This document shows positions 1 through 8,305 of a DNA stretch of 53,692 nucleotides, in pieces; the first letter of the stretch is position 1; each line of letters starts with the position of its first letter. The stretch is from Candidatus Calditenuaceae archaeon HR02 (lineage in GTDB: Archaea; Thermoproteota; Nitrososphaeria_A; Caldarchaeales; Calditenuaceae). Below the pieces are notes generated by a model that saw only the letters and a list, made by a program, of their open reading frames with translations, ran no database searches and was not told where the DNA came from. A program made the translations under genes and the position numbers. The stretch lies in assembly GCA_002898395.1 (NCBI GenBank), contig BEHE01000014.1, positions 1 to 53,692 of the forward strand. Direction: 5' to 3'.

Positions 1-75
1 TGCAGAAACACCCCCAGAGGAAGAATAGAGAGCAAAAAGACTAAATCAAGCCACAAAACACAAAAAACAGCCTCG
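1..75 (+). promoter_or_regulatory. CRISPR leader of array 1 (truncated by window start)
   Basis: A-rich sequence abutting the first repeat; exact reverse complement of 1642-1716; colinear with leader 3 (13320-13446). Confidence 0.9.
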
Positions 76-941
76 GAATCTCGCAAAGAGAGTTGAAAGG
101 CCTCTTCGTTCTTCACATCCACCGCAAAACTTATATAGCCGAAGAATCTCGCAAAGAGAGTTGAAAGTGCCTGATGCTTTTGTGCCCATTGCCTGGACCT
201 TTCTGGAATCTCGCAAAGAGAGTTGAAAGTCCATGAACTGCTCGGTAAACGTCTTAATCTTAGTCCGACGAATCTCGCAAAGAGAGTTGAAAGTCGAGAA
301 GAGAGAAGCCTGGATAATCCAGGCCATAGGGACTAAGAATCTCGCAAAGAGAGTTGAAAGGCACTTCCATTCGCTCGCAATACTCCGAAACGGCAACGGA
401 ATCTCGCAAAGAGAGTTGAAAGACAGCCCCCACTGTAACCTTAGTCGTCATTATTCATCACTTGAGAATCTCGCAAAGAGAGTTGAAAGCCTCAATCACC
501 GCATGTAATGTATGGTTGAGGTTGCTGAATCTCGCAAAGAGAGTTGAAAGAGTCGCCGCAGACGTAGATGCTCCAGCCAACCCAACGTATGGAATCTCGC
601 AAAGAGAGTTGAAAGGCTCGAATTTTGCGATTCTCGAACTACAGCAATTACATCTGAATCTCGCAAAGAGAGTTGAAAGCCTCCTCCGAGACTACCTGGA
701 TCCGCCAAATAATTACGTGTGAATCTCGCAAAGAGAGTTGAAAGTGGATATAAGCAATGCAACGATCGATAGCCTTAGGAGCTATTTGGGAATCTCGCAA
801 AGAGAGTTGAAAGTGGCGGTTATCGAGGCGCCAGTCGTTGGTGATTTGTTTACTGAATCTCGCAAAGAGAGTTGAAAGCTTATAGGACGGGATATTGCTT
901 AGCGGGGTTTTGTAGTTGAATCTCGCAAAGAGAGTTGAAAG
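76..941 (+). CRISPR. CRISPR array 1: 14 identical 24-nt repeats GAATCTCGCAAAGAGAGTTGAAAG, 13 spacers
   Basis: Repeats start at 76,144,206,270,337,399,466,527,592,656,721,790,855,918; unique spacers of about 37-45 nt; 3' TTGAAAG handle typical of archaeal repeats. Confidence 0.99.
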
Positions 942-981
942 TATGAGGCACGCATATCATGATGGGTATAGGTATTGCACA

Positions 982-1641
982 CTTTCAACTCTCTTTGCGA
1001 GATTCAGAGCGAGAATGCCGCCGAAAGCGCAGAGGAGGTTACTTTCTTTCAACTCTCTTTGCGAGATTCAATAATGGTGTTATTGATTGGTGTTTGTGCT
1101 TGTCTGCTTTCAACTCTCTTTGCGAGATTCTAGAAAGAGCCAGGTCGTCCACGTAGGCCACGGATTTCCTTTCAACTCTCTTTGCGAGATTCCTTAGAGT
1201 TTAGTTTCCTCTTTGGCTCCACTTTTCTCTCTATCTTTCAACTCTCTTTGCGAGATTCCCTCCGCCTCCCAGCATTTTCTCAGCGGATTCCACTTCCTTT
1301 CAACTCTCTTTGCGAGATTCTAGTAGCAGTATTTCCGTATCGCCTTTTTCACAACTCTTTCAACTCTCTTTGCGAGATTCTAAATGCTCCAGCCAACCCA
1401 ACGTATGACGTTAAGCTTAACGTAGCTTTCAACTCTCTTTGCGAGATTCGTAATTGCTGTAGTTCGAGAATCCGCCAACTCGAGTGGGCTTTCAACTCTC
1501 TTTGCGAGATTCGAAGAGCCGTCTTATACTATGGCTGAATTCCCTACCCGACAACTTTCAACTCTCTTTGCGAGATTCCCCAGTCTGCGGTCGCCTACTA
1601 CGCCTAAGCAGCCGTAACTTTCAACTCTCTTTGCGAGATTC
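982..1641 (-). CRISPR. CRISPR array 2 (opposite strand, convergent with array 1): 11 identical repeats, 10 spacers
   Basis: CTTTCAACTCTCTTTGCGAGATTC at 982,1046,1107,1169,1235,1297,1357,1426,1489,1555,1618. Confidence 0.99.
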
Positions 1642-1767
1642 CGAGGCTGTTTTTTGTGTTTTGTGGCTTGATTTAGTCTTTTTGCTCTCTATTCTTCCTC
1701 TGGGGGTGTTTCTGCATGGGGGTATATAAAGAGCAGGCGAGTGGTTGGGGCTCGGTATTTATGTTTT
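1642..1767 (-). promoter_or_regulatory. CRISPR leader of array 2 with TATA box (TTTATATA on minus strand, 1723-1730)
   Basis: 1642-1716 is the exact reverse complement of 1-75; shares the blocks AAAACATAAATAC, CGCCTGC, CTTTATATACCCCC and GCAGAAAC with leader 3. Confidence 0.9.
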
Positions 1768-1782
1768 CGCTCATCTCTGGCG

Positions 1783-2247
1783 GGGTCTGTTAAGTTGCTT
1801 TTATGGTTTTGTTTATGGCCTGGTTTTCTTGTTCTTTGTTTATGGGTTTTCTTGATGGTCTTAGGACTCCGGTGCCTGTAGTCCTCTACGCCCTATTCCT
1901 GATAGATGATACTGAGGTTAGGTTGGGTGGTTCTAGTGCTTGGTTCTTTATAGCATATGAGCCATTAGAGAGGAAGATACTGGGTATGTGGCTATCTTGG
2001 ACTAGGAACCAGCTGGTAGTTGAGAGGTTCCTGAGGGAGCTTGTCAGGAGGTTTGGGAGGCATCCAGTATATGCTGATGGTGGGAGTCATTACTTGGCCG
2101 CTTGTAAGAGCCTAGGCCTAGAGCATAGGGTATAAGGCTTCGGTAGCTGGATGAAGCTAAGAATACTATTCCAAGAAGAATGGATAAAAAACACTAAAAA
2201 GACTAGTATGAGAGATCAAGATTGAGTAATACCAACTTAACAGATCC
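1783..2247 (+). mobile_element. Internally deleted IS6-family insertion sequence
   Basis: TIRs GGGTCTGTTAAGTTG (1783-1797) and CAACTTAACAGATCC (2233-2247), 14/15 match; flanks TCTCTGGCG/TCTCGGGCG (8/9) resemble a TSD; DDE transposase remnant inside. Confidence 0.85.
1890..2135 (+). pseudogene. IS6-family DDE transposase fragment
   Basis: LFLIDDTEVRLGG..AWFFIAYEP..KILG..LSWTRN..VERFLRELVRRFG..PVYADGG..Y..AC..LGLEH; N-terminus missing and stop at 2133-2135 before the catalytic Glu region. Confidence 0.8.
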
Positions 2248-2255
2248 TCTCGGGC

Positions 2256-2463
2256 GATAGTGTCCGGATAAGGGGTCTTTATTAGTAATACTTCTTGGCT
2301 TGCTCTGTAAATTTAAAAAAGGATCGTAATGACGTCCTTGAGGCCCTCTACGGTGCTGCAGGATGCCCGGCACCTTAACCTCAAGACTCTCCGCTACATC
2401 TGAAACGATATCATTACGACCAGGCCCCGCCTATAAATTATGGCAGCTTATCCGGACACTATC
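2256..2463. mobile_element. 208-bp non-coding MITE-like element with perfect 17-bp TIRs
   Basis: GATAGTGTCCGGATAAG (2256-2272) and CTTATCCGGACACTATC (2447-2463); no ORF inside. Confidence 0.7.
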
Positions 2464-2816
2464 CCTTGTCAACCCTCATCATTTTTAAACACTTCTTGCA
2501 ATCAAATCTCAGCCTTCTTTCCCATTTAGAGCACACGATTTTCCCTTTTTCAGCATCTCTCGCAGCACTCACCAACACTTAGATTATCTAATTTAGTCCC
2601 CCCTTCTAGTCTCCCTCCTCAGCATCTCGGACCGGACGAGAACCTTCGATGTGCGTGGGATAAAGTTGGTGTTTGTCCATGGAGTTCGCCCCACATGATC
2701 TGCTCTTCTACTCCCCTCACCCCGCTCATTCCGCTGAAGATGTCGTCCTCGCGTTACGCGCTGAGCTCTACACAATTTCAGGTCATGAAGTAGACGCGCT
2801 AAATTCATCAGTAGCT

Positions 2817-3491
2817 TTACCGCATGCGAGTGAGTTCTCGCCAGCAGACTAGCTCGCGGTAAAATTTGCCCGATTTAGTGAGCGAAGCCACCGCCTCTCT
2901 TTTCCTCCCCTTGGAGAGCTCAAGGAGCCCAGCCTCAGCGAGTCGTCGGAGTCTGCGCCAGACGGTCGGCTTCGAGAGTCCCAGACGCTCAGAGAGGAGG
3001 CCCAGCGTCATCGCTCCGTAGCCGAGCGACTCGATGATCTGCCTGTCCACCTCGTCCGTCTCGGGAAGCGTCAGAACGGTCGTGCTGAACTCCGCCAGCA
3101 CCTTCCCATCCTCCGACTCGATCTCCACCGTCATCGGCACGCGCGAGAGCAGGGCTGCGCTTAGCGCTTCTGCCACCAGAAGCCGCATCCCCCCGCTCAG
3201 GTTTAGCACCACGGGCCGCTCGGTCCAGCTGCGGAAAGTCCGGGCCAGCATGAGCACCGATCCGAGGAAGTCCTCAACCGGGACAGCCAACCGCTCGATG
3301 CCGCGCCCCGTCACATATTGGGTCACGAAGTCGTTCAGCACCGAGAGCGCCCTCTCGAGGCGTTCCTGCTCGCCTTCCTCTGGGACCAGGACCGCTATCC
3401 TGACTGCCCCGCGGATACCCCGCCTCATCAGCGCCCGTATTGCGAAGCGCTCGTCAAACCCGAAAGTGAGCGCAATTATCACGATCATCAT
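2817..3491 (-). CDS. csa3: CRISPR locus transcriptional regulator Csa3 (CARF + wHTH)
   Basis: TFGFDERFAIRAL, LNLSGGMRLL CARF motif, C-terminal wHTH (LSERLGLSKPTVWRRLRRLAEAGLL); divergent from the cas operon; start moved to the MMIVII ATG. Confidence 0.9.
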   Translation of the reverse strand: MMIVIIALTFGFDERFAIRALMRRGIRGAVRIAVLVPEEGEQERLERALSVLNDFVTQYVTGRGIERLAVPVEDFLGSVLMLARTFRSWTERPVVLNLSGGMRLLVAEALSAALLSRVPMTVEIESEDGKVLAEFSTTVLTLPETDEVDRQIIESLGYGAMTLGLLSERLGLSKPTVWRRLRRLAEAGLLELSKGRKREAVASLTKSGKFYRELVCWRELTRMR

Positions 3492-3593
3492 TTCGAAATG
3501 CTGAAAAATAAAGTATTCTTTTTCCCTACAACGAAACAATAGGTTGTCCTATGAAAAAAGGCTTATTATCCTGTTAATAACATATCACCTGCC

Positions 3594-4043
3594 ATGAGTG
3601 AAGTCAGGGAACAGGGGGAACCCGCAAAAAGAGGCCAGGAACTGGAGGAGCCGACAAGGAGGTACCGGGACGTTGCGGTCCTGCTTGCCGCGGCATCTGC
3701 CATGACCGGTTCGCCGTCGCTGATCGACCGGATGACGTACGCCCTAGGTCCTGAGCCGGCGATGAAGGCGGTGGCCGACGCGCTGCGCATAGTTCAGAGT
3801 GATCTCTCCTCCCAGAGGCCCGCGATTTCGCAGGGGGCGTCGGAGAAGGGGTATCCCGAGGTCCGGGTCAGGGACGAGGCTGGTAACACGTCGGTGGTCA
3901 TACCAGGCAGGCTCCCCGGGAGCGAGACCGTCCGGAACTTCCTCGAGGAGGTGAGCCGGGACGTCTCCATCGCCAGGAAGATTGGGACGTACGCCTCAAG
4001 CCTCCTCGTCGGTGCCCTCATCAAGGCGGAGGGGGGTGGATGA
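3594..4043 (+). CDS. csa5: Type I-A small subunit Csa5 (Cas11)
   Basis: 149 aa, LIDRMTYAL..E...KAVADALR motif, first gene before cas7. Confidence 0.8.
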   Translation: MSEVREQGEPAKRGQELEEPTRRYRDVAVLLAAASAMTGSPSLIDRMTYALGPEPAMKAVADALRIVQSDLSSQRPAISQGASEKGYPEVRVRDEAGNTSVVIPGRLPGSETVRNFLEEVSRDVSIARKIGTYASSLLVGALIKAEGGG

Positions 4044-4044
4044 G

Positions 4045-5058
4045 GTGTTCCTGAGCTGCTCCTTCAGGTTGCTGGTCAACGTCGAGTCGCTGAACTCGGT
4101 CGAGAGCGTCGGCAACGTCTCGAGACATAGGTCGGTCCCGATCGTCGTGCCCGTGAACAACAACTACTCGATCAAGTACGTCCCAGCGGTATCCGGAGAG
4201 AGCATCGCCCACGGGTATCAAGCCCTGCTGGCTGACGTCGCGCGCAGGGAGGGGCTCCCGGTGGGGGTCTACTCAGGCAGGAAGGAGTTCATCAAGTTCT
4301 CTGAGGACGACTACCTGAAGGACGAGGGGATAGAGCCGCCGAAGGACCACGACGACGCCAGGCGGTTCGAGGTTGACGTGTTGCTCAAGGATTTGGTCGC
4401 TGACGTCGGAGGCTTCCTGTACGCCGGTAAGATTCCCGTGAAGAGGACGTCGAGGTTCCAGGTCGGGTACATGTTGCCAGCGCTGGAGGACGTGACCGAT
4501 GCATCAGCCCTCGAAGCACAGTTCCACGTGAGGTTCCTGCAGTCGAAGCCCACCAAGTCCTCGGACCAGGAAGGGGCCAGGCTGGGGCAGATACCGTACA
4601 ACATTGAGGCCGCGTCGGCTCTCTACACGTTCACCCTCAACCTCGACATCGACGGCATAGGGGTACCGTCGACCGTCTACGGCAAGAGGGACTCGCGGAA
4701 GGAGATGGAGTTGGAGAAACAGCGTGCCGCGAGGGTGAGGGCCGCGCTGAAGGCCCTGGGCCTCTTCGTCTCACAGATATCCTTCGGGGCCAGGCACGCG
4801 AGGTACCTGCCTAACGCCGAGCTGATGTCGTGCGTCCTCGCGGTCTCCGACGTGCCCTTCACCGTCTCTGCCGGCAACTTCCGGGGCTACGTCGAGAGGA
4901 CCTTCGAAAGGGCCGAGAGGACGTCGAGGCTGCTCGGCGTCAGGACCAGAGTCTGGGCCGTCGTTAGGGAGGACGGCGTTAGGGTTCCGGAGGACGTGGT
5001 GCGGGTCAACTCACCCGAGGAGGTTATCGAGGAGCTGATCAGGCAGCTGGGGCAGTGA
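4045..5058 (+). CDS. cas7: Type I-A Cas7 (Csa2/DevR)
   Basis: NVESLNSVESVGNVSRHR, YVPAVSGESIAHGYQ, DVGGFLYAG..PVKRTSRF; GTG start at 4045 inferred. Confidence 0.95.
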   Translation: MFLSCSFRLLVNVESLNSVESVGNVSRHRSVPIVVPVNNNYSIKYVPAVSGESIAHGYQALLADVARREGLPVGVYSGRKEFIKFSEDDYLKDEGIEPPKDHDDARRFEVDVLLKDLVADVGGFLYAGKIPVKRTSRFQVGYMLPALEDVTDASALEAQFHVRFLQSKPTKSSDQEGARLGQIPYNIEAASALYTFTLNLDIDGIGVPSTVYGKRDSRKEMELEKQRAARVRAALKALGLFVSQISFGARHARYLPNAELMSCVLAVSDVPFTVSAGNFRGYVERTFERAERTSRLLGVRTRVWAVVREDGVRVPEDVVRVNSPEEVIEELIRQLGQ

Positions 5059-5071
5059 GGTAACCTAAGGG

Positions 5072-5911
5072 ATGTTCGGCGTGCTGATGAGGGTGAGGTT
5101 CGCGTGGGGCTTCTCGGTTAAGGCTCCGAAGGAGGCCAAAGCCCAGTCGGCCTACTCGGTCCCTCCTCCGACCACGCTGATCGGTGCCGTATCGAAGCAC
5201 CTGTCCTCGTCGAGCGGCCTGGGTGAGACGGTGGTCTACCAAGTTAGTAAGAAGGAGGTCATCGCCTCGGCCGCGTCGAGGTTCTCCTCAGTCTTCAGGG
5301 CGGCCTCGGCGTTCTACGATAACGAGAGGAGCGGCAGGTTCCCGCTTGGGAAGTACTGGGAGGACCAGATCCGCTACCAGGTGCTCCAGTTCCAGAAGCC
5401 GACCAGGAGGGGATTGCCTCAGTTCCGATTCAACCTGATACCAGCCGGCAAGGTCTACTTCCCCGGAGGGGAGATGGTGGTCGGCCTTCTCGGGTCGGAG
5501 GAGGAGGTGCGTAAAACGATCGGCGACCAGTGGGCCGTTAAGCTGAGGGACGCCTGCTACGCGGTCACCTCCATCGGATCGAAGGAGGGGATCGTCGAGG
5601 TCGAGGAGGTGGAGGTCATGGAATCCCTGAGCCCGATCAGCGGCGAGTTCGAGACGAGATTCTACCAGCGCATGGACCTGATCGAGGAGGTCCTCGAAAT
5701 CGATTACGGGTCGGCTCCATACGGATTGGCTGGGGCGTACGTGGAGCGTTTCTGGGAGATGGGGTACGGGTGGGGGGTTCAACAGAGGCCCGTCGAGTAC
5801 ATCGTCCCGGGGAGGAGGGACCCTGTGACCAGCTGCAGGATACGTGTCAGGCCCACGCGCAACGCGGCGGTCTACCTGGTGGGAAAGGATGGGATCGCCG
5901 TCCCTGCCTGA
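5072..5911 (+). CDS. cas5: Type I-A Cas5a
   Basis: N-terminal FAWGFSVK..KAQSAYSVPPPTTLIGA and IGSKEG motifs. Confidence 0.93.
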   Translation: MFGVLMRVRFAWGFSVKAPKEAKAQSAYSVPPPTTLIGAVSKHLSSSSGLGETVVYQVSKKEVIASAASRFSSVFRAASAFYDNERSGRFPLGKYWEDQIRYQVLQFQKPTRRGLPQFRFNLIPAGKVYFPGGEMVVGLLGSEEEVRKTIGDQWAVKLRDACYAVTSIGSKEGIVEVEEVEVMESLSPISGEFETRFYQRMDLIEEVLEIDYGSAPYGLAGAYVERFWEMGYGWGVQQRPVEYIVPGRRDPVTSCRIRVRPTRNAAVYLVGKDGIAVPA

Positions 5912-7535
5912 GGTTTACGAGCGCATCTCCGAGATCTTCAGCCCGCCTGGTCCCAGGCCGTTGCTCACGCAGGCCCTCGAGAGGCTCGACGAACACCTTC
6001 GCGAGGATGAGCGAGTCGCGGTGTTCCTTGAGGCCCCCACGGGCTACGGGAAGAGCACGCTCTCCTTGGCGCTGTACGCAGCGATCAAGCTGGGCCGCCA
6101 AGACCTCGGCCAGAGGGTCATACACGTGCTGCCGCTCCGGTCCATTGGGACCGATCTGAGGGATAAGTCGATCAATCGGATCTACACAGTGAAATCGTCA
6201 ATCGGAGGCCAGTTCTCCGTCCTCAGCGAGAAAGACGTCGGCCTCCAGCAGATGCACTCGCCGGGGAGCCCTATGCTCTGCAAGCGCTTCGTCATCACGA
6301 CCCTAGACACGTTCCTCACCTCCTTCTACAAGATGCCCGCGTCGGAGATCCACAAGCTCTTCGTCAGGGGGACGGCCCACTACGAGGTCCCCAGGGCCTG
6401 CATATACACCTCTGTCGTGGTATTAGACGAGTTCCACCTCTTCCTCAGCTCGAGGTCGCTCGTGGACGGCAAGAGTAAATCGCTCACCTCGGCCGTGGCG
6501 TGCATCCGCGCCCTCCTGGACGCTGGGGTCCCGGTCCTCGTGATGACCGCGACAATGCCCGAGGTCGTCAAGGGGGCTGTTATGGACCAGCTGGAGACCG
6601 CAGGGCTCGAGGACGCGGTCGTCGAGGTCAGACCACCTCCCGGAGACGCCGGCCCCGTCAAGCGCAGATTGAAGGTAGAGGCGACGAAAGAGGACCCAGT
6701 TAGCCTGCTGCAGCACATAGGTGGGGACAGTAGGGTGCTGATCTTGCTGAACACCGTGCGCGAAGCGGTCGAGCTGTACCACCGCCTGAAGGGGAAGGGG
6801 TACTCGCCGGTGCTGCTGCACTCCCGCATCGTGGAGCGCGACAGGGAAGAAAGGCTGATGCTGATACGCGAGGGGCGCGAACGCAAGGTCTTCGTCACGA
6901 CGCAGGTTGTAGAGGCGGGTGTTGATGTGAGCTTCGACGTGCTGATCACCGAGTCAGCTCCGCCGGACTCGCTCCTCCAGAGGGCCGGCCGCGTCGCGAG
7001 GTACGGCGGCGAGGGCGAGGTCTACGTTATGCCGGTCACCGAGGGTGGACGCGCGGTCTACGGAGATCAGCTCCCAGAGAGCTCGTTCGAATACGTCGCG
7101 AAGAAGGGAACCCTGGGCACTGAGATGCTCGGATTGATTGACGAGGCGTTCAGGGGCAGGAACCCGATTGACCTCTATCACTACAACATGCTCACGGATA
7201 TAGACAGGTACCCGTCGTGCTCTCACAAGTTCGCGATGAAGGTGTGGGATGTCCTGTGCGGCTTCGTCAGGGACGGCGAGCAGATAACCGCCATCCCCCG
7301 GCAATACCTCAACGGGACCGTGAACCTACAGGAGCAAACGTTCGCGATGGACGAGGACCTCTTCCTGAGGCTGGTCGAAAGGTCAGGGACTGTTGAGGTG
7401 CTGCTGGAGTCCCTCGAGAGGAGATCGGTGGGGTTCCAGAGGAGCCACGAGTGCCTGGCGAGGGACCTCATCACGAGCGGAATAGCCGCCGTGATAGTCG
7501 ACGGTTACGACGAGGAGGTCGGGTACGTGGGATGA
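5889..7535 (+). CDS. cas3: Cas3' helicase
   Basis: APTGYGKS, VLDEFH, MTAT, TQVVEAGVDVSFD, QRAGRVAR; start uncertain. Confidence 0.95.
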   Translation: MGSPSLPEVYERISEIFSPPGPRPLLTQALERLDEHLREDERVAVFLEAPTGYGKSTLSLALYAAIKLGRQDLGQRVIHVLPLRSIGTDLRDKSINRIYTVKSSIGGQFSVLSEKDVGLQQMHSPGSPMLCKRFVITTLDTFLTSFYKMPASEIHKLFVRGTAHYEVPRACIYTSVVVLDEFHLFLSSRSLVDGKSKSLTSAVACIRALLDAGVPVLVMTATMPEVVKGAVMDQLETAGLEDAVVEVRPPPGDAGPVKRRLKVEATKEDPVSLLQHIGGDSRVLILLNTVREAVELYHRLKGKGYSPVLLHSRIVERDREERLMLIREGRERKVFVTTQVVEAGVDVSFDVLITESAPPDSLLQRAGRVARYGGEGEVYVMPVTEGGRAVYGDQLPESSFEYVAKKGTLGTEMLGLIDEAFRGRNPIDLYHYNMLTDIDRYPSCSHKFAMKVWDVLCGFVRDGEQITAIPRQYLNGTVNLQEQTFAMDEDLFLRLVERSGTVEVLLESLERRSVGFQRSHECLARDLITSGIAAVIVDGYDEEVGYVG

Positions 7536-8305
7536 GGCCCTGCGCATTCACGGGACACCCGCTGGGAGAGCACCTGAGGGAGACCGCCGCGCTCGCCCAG
7601 TGCCTCGTGCGGGGAGGGTACGCGCTCACGGTCGTCCGGAGGCTAAGATCCCTGGGGCTGGGAGCGGAGCCGGAGCAGGTGGTGGAGCTCGCGGTGCTGG
7701 CATCGATCTTCCACGACACCGGCAAGGCCGCGGAGCACTACCAGAGGCAGTTCGAGGGCGACTGCACCTGCGCACAGGGCCGCGACCCGTCCTTCAAGTA
7801 CCACGAGCTGATCTCCGCCGTCCACCTGAGGAGGTACTTCGATCTGACCAGGGCGTACGACGATGGGCTCGCGTTGCTCGCGGAGATGGCCGTCCTGAAC
7901 CACATGCACGCTCTGCGGGACTACAGCGCCTTCAAGGAGGTGCTCGATCCTCAAAGATGGTTGCCCTATGACCTCAGGTCAATCCTCGAAGGCTCCTCCG
8001 TCAGGGAGGAGGACGTGGAGGCCCTCGTCTCCGAGGTGAGAGGCTTCGACGCGCTCGACGTGGAGGCCTTCAGGCGCGCCCTTCCGGAGAAGGTGAGGCT
8101 CAACGAAGAGGTCAGACCACTCCTCAACAGGATCTCCGAGGCCGAGAGCCGAAGACCCTTCACGAAGCTCTACGTCGCACTGCTGCTCCCAGTGGTGGTC
8201 GGCGACAACCTCGACGCCCGCAAGAAGAGGAGGGACGACAGCGATCACAAGGGAAGGAAGCTCTTCGCGGAGGAGCTGGAGAGACTCCTAGAGGTGACCT
8301 GCTGA
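7532..8305 (+). CDS. cas3'': Cas3'' HD nuclease
   Basis: LGEHL, FHDTGKA..YQ, HELISA, NHMH, GDNLDA; ATG overlaps the cas3' stop. Confidence 0.93.
   Translation: MRPCAFTGHPLGEHLRETAALAQCLVRGGYALTVVRRLRSLGLGAEPEQVVELAVLASIFHDTGKAAEHYQRQFEGDCTCAQGRDPSFKYHELISAVHLRRYFDLTRAYDDGLALLAEMAVLNHMHALRDYSAFKEVLDPQRWLPYDLRSILEGSSVREEDVEALVSEVRGFDALDVEAFRRALPEKVRLNEEVRPLLNRISEAESRRPFTKLYVALLLPVVVGDNLDARKKRRDDSDHKGRKLFAEELERLLEVTC

Noticed and set aside
46-1729. ORFs of 63-118 aa across arrays 1 and 2 (and 13480-13683 over array 3)
   Set aside because: Translations of CRISPR repeats (recurring FQLSLRDS, ISQRELK, LSTLFARF); not genes
2593-2808. 71-aa ORF downstream of csa3
   Set aside because: No recognisable motif or coding signal; probably spurious or decayed
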